The notes below the pieces were generated by a model. It was not told the origin of the DNA and searched no databases. It was given only the letters and a program-made list of their open reading frames with translations. This document shows positions 56,968 through 64,000 of a stretch of DNA of 64,000 bases, piece after piece. Source of the stretch: Terrimicrobiaceae bacterium (GTDB taxonomy: Bacteria; Verrucomicrobiota; Verrucomicrobiia; Chthoniobacterales; Terrimicrobiaceae); contig JBGSVZ010000066.1 in assembly GCA_041752695.1 (NCBI GenBank), positions 1-64,000 of the forward strand, in the 5' to 3' direction. The position numbers and the translations under genes were made by a program. How positions within the stretch are numbered: the first letter of the stretch is position 1; every line of letters begins with the position of its first letter.

Positions 56968-59709
56968 ATGCTCCCCCTGCTGCGATTCTCTCTCTGGCGT
57001 TTTGGTTTCCTGAGTCTTTGTGCGTGCGGATTTCTGCCGTCCCTTTGTGGGCAGGTGGACGCCATGAAGATCGAGTCCTGGCAGGTTGATGGCCAGGCAG
57101 CCGTGGATCCCTCGAAGACGCATGCGGAGGGTCCCGGAGCTTTCCGACTACTGCCGGGATCGAAGATGGTCTTGCCCCTGCGCGAGGACGCTGGCTCCGG
57201 TCGCGTGACGATGTGGGTTTACGATGACGGCACGCTGCCGCCGGATGTTGCGTTGAAAGATCGTCATGTGGGGCCGCGCTGGGGGGTGGCGCAGCCAGAT
57301 GGACGCGCGCTGGTGGGAAGTGTGCTTTATGCGCCTTATCTGGCCGGCGACACGAGTTACGTGGTGAGTGATTCCGACCAGAAAGTGTGGCACAACGTGG
57401 CGGGCGTGACAAAGCGGAGTCCCGGCTGGCACGAATGGGTTTTCGATTTTGAGGCGAAGAGCGGAATCCGGGTGACGATGGATGGCAAAACGGCCGCTCG
57501 TTTCGACTGGAACAAGCTGGGCATCGGGGGCTTTTCCGCACTGGTACTCTACGGGGATTCCAAGGATGCGAAAAGACCGCAGGACCTTTGGGTCGATGAT
57601 ATTCAAGTGACCCTGGGGCCGCCGATGGAGGTGAAGCCCGTCCCGCCGCCTCCACCTCCGCCCGTCTTGCCAGAGAAAGATCCAGCGCCGCAAGGTGCCG
57701 TTCCCGAGTTGGGCGAAGCCGTTCGCGGCAAACATCCAAGGCTCCTTTTTACGGCGGAGGATGTGCCCCGGCTCAAGGAATTCTATGCCAGCCCGGAGGG
57801 CGCAAAATGGCGTAAGCAATTTGACGAATATTTGCCCGTCAGCACTGCTCCCACCGACGAGAAATTTCTCTCCGATGCGACCGACGGCCAGCGCCAGGGT
57901 TTTTGGAAACTTCCCACCGTCGCGCTTCACTACGTGCTCACCGGCGACAAGACGTCGTTCGAACGCACCGTGGAATTCCTGCAAAAACTCCTCGCCACGC
58001 CCCACTGGGAGACCGGCAATGAGCTGGACAGCGGCATGTCGGCGGCCAACATCATGATCGGCGCGGCGCTGGCCTACGACTGGCTCTACCACGACCTCGA
58101 GCCTGCCTTCCGCGAGCAGTTCCGGCAGAAGCTCATCCGGCACGCCCGCTCCATGTATCACGGCGGGCACCTTAAAAAAAATCCGGGACTGACCTACTGG
58201 CAGACCGACACCCAGAACAACCACCGCTGGCACCGCAACGCCGGGCTCACGCTTTCGGTTCTCACCACCTACGAGGGCAAGCCGGAGGAGCAGTGGCTTT
58301 TGCAGAAAACTGCCGAAGAGCTGGCCTTCATTAACAAGTGGCTGCCGGAGGACGGCACCAGCCACGAGGGGCCGAGCTACATGGTCTTCGGCGGGAACCA
58401 CCTCGTGCTGGCGATGGATGCGGCGGACCGCTGCCTCGGCACAAACTATCTCTCGCTGCCCTTTTACCGGAAGGCTGGAGAATTCCTCGCCGGGACAACC
58501 TTGCCCGGATTTGCTGGAGCGTTCGGCTTCGGCGACTGGGAAGGGAACGGGCTCGGGAATTACGGGAACTTTCAGCTCAGGCTTGCTACGGCGAACAACC
58601 TGCCCGACCTCAAGGACGCGGCGATGAAGGTCTTCGAAGCAGAGCCAAGATCCATGTCGTTTTCCTGGTTTTCCCTGATCTGGGACAGCCTGCCACTCCC
58701 GCGCGGAGACGCTGCGAAACTCCCGCTGGCCACACTCTGGCCCGATCTTGGCCTGGCCGTAATGCGCGACTCGTGGCAGGCCGATGCGGTGGCCGCCATG
58801 TTCAAGTGCGGGCCGTTCGGCGGCTATTTGCTGAACGAATTCAGCCAACAAAACGGCAATTCTTACGTCAACGTCGCCCATGACGACCCGGACGCCAACG
58901 CCTTTGTTCTGGCCATCGGAAACGAGCTGGTCGCCGAAACGGACCGGTATGCCAAGAGCAAAAAATCCGCCGCCCACAACACGATTCTGATCAATGGAAT
59001 GGGCCAGATGACAAAGGGCCGCGCGGAAGGCCAGGTCTTCAGTCAGCCCGGCGGGGACATGACAAAAATGGGGATCATCACCGCTTGGCGTGTCACGCCT
59101 GACATCGTGGCCGTCGAAGGGGAAGCCGCGGGTTCCTATCTGGAATATCAGGACAAAAAATCCGGAGCTTCGCGTCCCGCCCTAGAGCGATTTCGTCGGA
59201 CATTTTTGTGGGTGAAAAGCGGCTACATTCTTGTGCTGGATGAGGTTCGCGCCCCAGCGACGGTGGAAGTTTCCTGGCTCATGCAAGGCCCCGACTTGAA
59301 GGCGGTGGACGAGGCGACAGGCCGCTTCGAGCTGGGATCCAAAAGCCGGCGTTGCCCGTTCCAGGTCGTCGCCAGCGAAAAACTGGCCTTCGCCATCGGT
59401 GTTTCTCCCGCCGAATCCCGCGGGAACAATCTGGGGTTCCGCCAACTGACGGCAAACGCCTCAGCGGCCGGGCTTTTCGTTGCGAGCATTTATGATCCTT
59501 GGGGCAGGGGACAACTTTCCCTGCATTTGGAAAATCTCACGCCCGGCGCGGCGAAGATCGTGGTGGAAGGCGGAGGGATCCGGGACGTCTGGGATTGGAA
59601 AGCCGCAGACGGGCTCGCCCCATCATCAATCAACGCCGTGCGTGAAAAGGGGCCTGCCGCCGGATTCCCTTTCGTCCTCGATGCCGCCAATAGCCAGCCG
59701 CCGAGGTAA
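56968..59709 (+). CDS. Secreted heparinase II/III-like (DUF4962-type) polysaccharide lyase
   Basis: N-terminal beta domain, poly-Pro linker, HPRLLFT, NNHRW, HEGPSY, HDDPDANAF, HNTILING. Confidence 0.75.
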   Translation: MLPLLRFSLWRFGFLSLCACGFLPSLCGQVDAMKIESWQVDGQAAVDPSKTHAEGPGAFRLLPGSKMVLPLREDAGSGRVTMWVYDDGTLPPDVALKDRHVGPRWGVAQPDGRALVGSVLYAPYLAGDTSYVVSDSDQKVWHNVAGVTKRSPGWHEWVFDFEAKSGIRVTMDGKTAARFDWNKLGIGGFSALVLYGDSKDAKRPQDLWVDDIQVTLGPPMEVKPVPPPPPPPVLPEKDPAPQGAVPELGEAVRGKHPRLLFTAEDVPRLKEFYASPEGAKWRKQFDEYLPVSTAPTDEKFLSDATDGQRQGFWKLPTVALHYVLTGDKTSFERTVEFLQKLLATPHWETGNELDSGMSAANIMIGAALAYDWLYHDLEPAFREQFRQKLIRHARSMYHGGHLKKNPGLTYWQTDTQNNHRWHRNAGLTLSVLTTYEGKPEEQWLLQKTAEELAFINKWLPEDGTSHEGPSYMVFGGNHLVLAMDAADRCLGTNYLSLPFYRKAGEFLAGTTLPGFAGAFGFGDWEGNGLGNYGNFQLRLATANNLPDLKDAAMKVFEAEPRSMSFSWFSLIWDSLPLPRGDAAKLPLATLWPDLGLAVMRDSWQADAVAAMFKCGPFGGYLLNEFSQQNGNSYVNVAHDDPDANAFVLAIGNELVAETDRYAKSKKSAAHNTILINGMGQMTKGRAEGQVFSQPGGDMTKMGIITAWRVTPDIVAVEGEAAGSYLEYQDKKSGASRPALERFRRTFLWVKSGYILVLDEVRAPATVEVSWLMQGPDLKAVDEATGRFELGSKSRRCPFQVVASEKLAFAIGVSPAESRGNNLGFRQLTANASAAGLFVASIYDPWGRGQLSLHLENLTPGAAKIVVEGGGIRDVWDWKAADGLAPSSINAVREKGPAAGFPFVLDAANSQPPR

Positions 59710-59760
59710 TTTTCTCAAACGATCTCAAACGCACTCCCGGGCTTTTAACCTGATTCCCTT

Positions 59761-61821
59761 ATGAAGCACATCCCCCTTGTTTTGCTAACTGCTGCCGGTC
59801 TTGCTTTCGCATTGCCCGCAGGACGGGCAGAAGTGTTCGTTGATGCCAAAGCCGCGGCGGGCGGTGACGGGAGGGCGACCGCGCCCTTCCAAACCATTAA
59901 CGCAGCACTGGCGGCGGGTGATTCCGGGCCGATCACCGTGAAGGGGGGGCTGTATCGTGACACGGTTAAAATCACGAAAGGCGGCACGGCGGAATCCCCG
60001 CTGCTTCTCCGGGCTGCTCCCGGCGAACTGGTGACGCTCACAGGGTTCGAACCGCTGGCTGGTTGGAAGGATGAGGGCAGCGGGCTTTTCAGCCTGCAGG
60101 TCACGGAACGGGTGACCGATCTTTTTGTGGATGCGCGGCGTCAGCGTCTGGCGCGTTTTCCGGAGGCAGACCAGCCATGGGTCCGCGTCACTGGGGCGGA
60201 CAAGGCCATTGGACTCCTGCAACTCGAGGCCGTCCCCAATGTGCCGGAGGACCAGCGGAAAGATGTTTATGCGCTCATCTACTGCGAGGGGATCACGGGC
60301 GAAGTCACCTATCCGGTTACGGCAATGGACGCCGCGGCGAATACGGCCACGGTCAGTTCCGGCGACCGGCCGTTTGTGCCGCAAACCGGCGACGCCCTGA
60401 TCTTTCTCAATGCGGCCTCTTTCGTTGACACGCCGGGCGAATGGAATTGTCAGCCGTCGGGCGATGGCTGGAAGGTGCTCTTTCGGCCGGTGACCCCTGA
60501 CGAACTGGCCCGCACCCAGACGCGCCGGAGGTCGGAGGTAATACGCATTTCCGGCGAAGCGGCAGGGCATGTCACGGTCGAAGGATTTGAAATCACCGGC
60601 GGTCAGTCCTTCGGTGTCTACGCCTCTGGCGCGCCCGGGGTGCGGCTCAGCCGTTGCGTGGTTTATGCCAATGGCAGCTCGGGCCGGGCACCCGGGTTGG
60701 GCCTGCGGATCGACACATGCCGGGATTTCACCCTGGATTCCAGCGTCATCTTTGCCAACCACATCAACGGGATCGGGATCACGCAGGGCGAAAACGTCAC
60801 GGTCCGCGGTTGCGAGATCACCGCGAACGATGGTGATGGAATCCAGTTTGCCGGACGCAACAATGCGCCCGATGCCCCGCTGCGCCAGGCGAGGCTCGAG
60901 AATTGTTTCGTCCACCGCCATTTCTACCTGGGCCATCCGGACAACACGCAGATCTTCGGCCATGTCCGCGATGTCACCTACGAGAACAACGTGTTGTTCA
61001 TGGGCGGGCAGAACGCCATGATCCAGCAGTGCGAGGACATGAAGTTTGTCAACAACCTGTTCTTCAGCGCCACCGCCCGGCATGTCATTCTCGGCCACGG
61101 CAACGCGCACCAGGCGAAGTTCGAAAAAAATACCTTTGCCTTCGGAAACTTCGGCGCCATCGGCACAGCAGCCAAGGGGGTTGAGATCCGGGATAATATT
61201 TTTTACGGCAATGTTCTCAGCTACGAATCGGACGAGGTGAAGGGCGACGGAAACGTGCTCTGGACCGCCCGGGAGGAGGATCCCGTTCTTATTCACACCG
61301 TGTCGCGGTGGAAAAAATTCCTCACGCCGCAGGAGTTCGCCGCCGAGCATGGATCCGAGGCCAACTCGCAGCGGGTGGACCCGCAGTTTAAGAACGTTCC
61401 GCTGACCCAGGTGATCGGACGCAGTTCGTTCTTCGCAGGGGCGCGAAACATGATTTATCTGGATCCGAAAAATGTCTCCGGCTTTGCCGCCGGTGACACG
61501 ATTGAGATCAACGGCGACGGTGTGGCCCGCCGGATTGAAACGGTCGGCGCGGACGCGATCACGTTCGCTCCGCCCTTGCCGACTTTGCCTTTCCGCAACG
61601 CGATCATCTGGAAATGGCCGAACGCTGCAAACCTCCAGATCGACCTCCACGCCGCCAGTGCGGGAAAGGCTGGAGCCAATCTGGATCTTGCGGCCTACCA
61701 GCGCGGGGAACTCGACGGTCCGGGCAAACGCTCGCTGCCGGAACTGAGCGCCGCGGCCAAAGCCGCCATGCCGACTCCCGACGTGTTTGTGTATCCCTTC
61801 GGTTTGCCCCTGGGAAAATGA
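59761..61821 (+). CDS. Secreted right-handed parallel beta-helix protein
   Basis: Signal peptide; GDG...APFQTINAA, GG.YR, repeated NxxxG/I beta-helix turns. Confidence 0.8.
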   Translation: MKHIPLVLLTAAGLAFALPAGRAEVFVDAKAAAGGDGRATAPFQTINAALAAGDSGPITVKGGLYRDTVKITKGGTAESPLLLRAAPGELVTLTGFEPLAGWKDEGSGLFSLQVTERVTDLFVDARRQRLARFPEADQPWVRVTGADKAIGLLQLEAVPNVPEDQRKDVYALIYCEGITGEVTYPVTAMDAAANTATVSSGDRPFVPQTGDALIFLNAASFVDTPGEWNCQPSGDGWKVLFRPVTPDELARTQTRRRSEVIRISGEAAGHVTVEGFEITGGQSFGVYASGAPGVRLSRCVVYANGSSGRAPGLGLRIDTCRDFTLDSSVIFANHINGIGITQGENVTVRGCEITANDGDGIQFAGRNNAPDAPLRQARLENCFVHRHFYLGHPDNTQIFGHVRDVTYENNVLFMGGQNAMIQQCEDMKFVNNLFFSATARHVILGHGNAHQAKFEKNTFAFGNFGAIGTAAKGVEIRDNIFYGNVLSYESDEVKGDGNVLWTAREEDPVLIHTVSRWKKFLTPQEFAAEHGSEANSQRVDPQFKNVPLTQVIGRSSFFAGARNMIYLDPKNVSGFAAGDTIEINGDGVARRIETVGADAITFAPPLPTLPFRNAIIWKWPNAANLQIDLHAASAGKAGANLDLAAYQRGELDGPGKRSLPELSAAAKAAMPTPDVFVYPFGLPLGK

Positions 61822-61840
61822 AGGCCCATCGCTGAATTTT

Positions 61841-64000
61841 ATGAACTGCCATCGCATCCTGCTCCCTCCCTCCGGCCACCTCGCTAATGCCAACACCCGG
61901 CAGCGGCATCCGGCGGAAAACGCGGCCTGGATCTGGCATCCCTCGCGTCCCGTTGGTGAGACTGCCATCCTGCGCTTCACGCTTTCGTTCGAGCTGTCCG
62001 AGCCCGCAAGCCCGGTGATCCACGTGACCGGCGACCAGCGGTTCCAACTTCGCTGCGATGGAAACGAGGTTTCGTTCGGCCCCGACCGCTGCGATCTCGA
62101 ACATTGGACCGTGCAGAGCCTGCAACTCGATCTGGAGTCGGGGCGGCACACCTTCGAAGCCATCGTCTGGTGGCTGGCCGACCCGGAAGCGGCCTCCCGC
62201 ACCGACCAGTCCGGTGCCGATCCCTTGCCGAGACCACCGATGGCGCAGATGACCTGGCGCGGGGGATTTCTTCTTTTTTCTGAAGACCTTCCGGTCTGCA
62301 CCGGCCAAGCCGATTGGATGGTGGCCGACCTGACGTCCTCCGTGCGGCTTTTCCGCCAGCGCATTCCGCAATACTTCGATGTGGGACCATCGTATGAATT
62401 TGACCTGGCCACCTGGAGCGGTGGAGAGACCTGCACCGCTGCCGTCGTGACCGAACCGCTGGAACAAAACGTTTACGGCGTACGAAGGCCGGGCTGGTGC
62501 CTGCACCCGGCAAGCCTGCCCGAGCAGCGCCGGCAATTTTGGACCGGTGGAAAGATCCGCGCCGTGCGGGCAGGGTGGGGGGAGGAAGCTTTCTGCGAAT
62601 CTGCCGACGCGGCCTGGCAATCGCTTCTTGAGGGAGGAGAGATCGAAATCCCGCCGCATTCTGAGGTGACCGTGCTTTGGGATATGGAACACTATCGTTG
62701 CGGTTATCCCGCACTCTCCGTTCGGGGAGGGGATGGTGCCCGTATCGAGTGGGATTGGGCGGAGGCCTTGTATGAGGCTCCGAACTCCAGCGCGGTCGAT
62801 TCTGTCACTCCGAAAGGCCATCGCGGCGAGATCCAGGGAAAATCGTTCCTGGGTTTTGGCGACCGCTGGCGGATTGGTCCTGATGGCGGGCAGATGCCTT
62901 TCCTTTGGTGGAGATCCGGCCGTTATGTCCGGGTCCGGTTGCGGACCGCTGACCATCCGCTTCGCATTCAGAAGCTCGGGATCCTCGGCACCGGTTATCC
63001 CTTCGAACGCTCGGGGGGCTGGACCTCCTCCGATCCCGGATGGGACAGGCTCTTTCCCATCTTCGAGAATTCCTACCGGTGTTCGGCCCACGAGCAGTGG
63101 ACAGACTCGCCCTACTACGAACAAATGGGTTATGTCGGCGATTCGCTCCTGCATTCCCTCTCGAGCTACGTGCTCTTCTCGGACGATCTTGTCACCCGGC
63201 GGTCGATCGAGCTGTTCGAGTGGTCACGTCGTCCGTCCGGGCTCGTGGCGGAACGGTATCCCTCGGCCTGGCGGCAGGAGAGTGTGACGTACTCCATGCT
63301 CTGGTTGATGATGGTCCGCGATTTTGTCAACTGGCGCGACGAACCGGAGTTTATCAGCGGTTTGCTCCCCGGCGTGCGTGGAGTGATGGCGGAAATCGAA
63401 GCTTTGCGCCACGAGAAGGGTCTGCTGGTGGAGGCTCCAGGATGGCCGTTTATCGATTGGGTGCCCGAATGGGACACGGGCTGCGGGCCGGGCGTGCGCG
63501 AGGGGGATTCCAGTATTTTTAACCTCCACTATGTGCTTTGTCTCCAAGCCACTGCTGAAATTGAAGACGCCCATGGCGATCCCGTGCTGGGAACTCGGTG
63601 CCGTCTCCTGGCCAGCGAAGTTTTTTCGGCCGTTCTCTCCCGCTACTGGGATGAAAAGCGCGGCCTGCTGCTCGATACCGTCGGGCACGCCAAAGCCAGC
63701 GAACACGCCCAAGTGTTTGCGCTGGTCACCGGTCTCCTTGATCCTGAAAAATCCCAGCTTTGTCTGAAGGCTCTTCGCGATGAGGAGGACCTCAGCAGAA
63801 TGACCATCTACGCCGCATTCTATCTCCTCGACGCCCTGTACCGTCACGGCGAGGAATCCGGGTTTCACCGGCAACTCGAATTTTGGCGCGCTCTGCCCGC
63901 GCTTGGCTTCACCGCCACGCCCGAAGCTCCAGAACCCACCCGGAGCGACGCCCATGCCTGGGGGTCCCACCCGGCTTGGCATTCGCTGGCCTCGATCGCT
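61841..64000 (+). CDS. Alpha-L-rhamnosidase, GH78-like (runs off the window end)
   Basis: Frame from ATG 61841: AAWIWHP, TDSPYYEQMGYVGD, FIDW, TPE..EPTRSDAHAWGSHP; probably missing from the ORF track because no stop lies in the window. Confidence 0.85.
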   Translation, partial: MNCHRILLPPSGHLANANTRQRHPAENAAWIWHPSRPVGETAILRFTLSFELSEPASPVIHVTGDQRFQLRCDGNEVSFGPDRCDLEHWTVQSLQLDLESGRHTFEAIVWWLADPEAASRTDQSGADPLPRPPMAQMTWRGGFLLFSEDLPVCTGQADWMVADLTSSVRLFRQRIPQYFDVGPSYEFDLATWSGGETCTAAVVTEPLEQNVYGVRRPGWCLHPASLPEQRRQFWTGGKIRAVRAGWGEEAFCESADAAWQSLLEGGEIEIPPHSEVTVLWDMEHYRCGYPALSVRGGDGARIEWDWAEALYEAPNSSAVDSVTPKGHRGEIQGKSFLGFGDRWRIGPDGGQMPFLWWRSGRYVRVRLRTADHPLRIQKLGILGTGYPFERSGGWTSSDPGWDRLFPIFENSYRCSAHEQWTDSPYYEQMGYVGDSLLHSLSSYVLFSDDLVTRRSIELFEWSRRPSGLVAERYPSAWRQESVTYSMLWLMMVRDFVNWRDEPEFISGLLPGVRGVMAEIEALRHEKGLLVEAPGWPFIDWVPEWDTGCGPGVREGDSSIFNLHYVLCLQATAEIEDAHGDPVLGTRCRLLASEVFSAVLSRYWDEKRGLLLDTVGHAKASEHAQVFALVTGLLDPEKSQLCLKALRDEEDLSRMTIYAAFYLLDALYRHGEESGFHRQLEFWRALPALGFTATPEAPEPTRSDAHAWGSHPAWHSLASIA

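Noticed and set aside
57640..57665. C-rich repeat-like tract
   Set aside because: It simply encodes the poly-proline linker of the lyase-like protein.
59785..62436. 883-aa minus-strand ORF and other long antisense ORFs (9902-11752, 35403-36986, 57148-58977, 61604-63154)
   Set aside because: They are shadows of well-supported genes on the opposite strand in GC-rich DNA and show no recognisable motifs.
1..64000. CRISPR arrays, tRNA and rRNA genes, prophage genes
   Set aside because: No regularly spaced repeats, cloverleaf/T-loop signatures, rRNA motifs or phage hallmark proteins were seen by eye.

Overview
A GC-rich bacterial chromosomal window. Gene content (prepilin-type/H-X9-DG protein in a sugar locus, sulfatase, TIGR04073-like protein, leaderless promoters) suggests Verrucomicrobiota, possibly Chthoniobacterales/Terrimicrobium-like; this is inference. 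It opens with the left end of an IS3-family element. It then carries a K+ channel, small secreted proteins, a sugar porter, a TPR-AAA ATPase/TPR-membrane pair and a carbohydrate locus (acetylesterase, sulfatase, GH42, GntR/LacI regulator) with an inverted-domain photolyase inside it. Housekeeping genes follow (aroE, gltX, ispD, uppS) with a vapBC module, an Mla operon, an ECF42-type sigma operon, a KS/CLF-like pair behind a MATE pump, and a terminal polysaccharide-degradation cluster. The strongest novelty candidates are: (1) a tightly coupled ~10 kb minus-strand lipid operon (SAM methyltransferase-like, giant tandem patatin, lipoprotein esterase, fatty-acid desaturase, ABC exporter, LolA-like carrier) that may make and export a fatty-acid-derived product or signal; (2) an unannotated, pseudoknot-capable structured RNA at ~16.6-16.74 kb; (3) an orphan promoter-hairpin-terminator sRNA at ~51.45 kb; (4) a leaderless 24-aa uORF upstream of the MATE pump. 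No tRNA, rRNA or CRISPR array was seen. All family calls are by-eye motif recognition; no searches were run.
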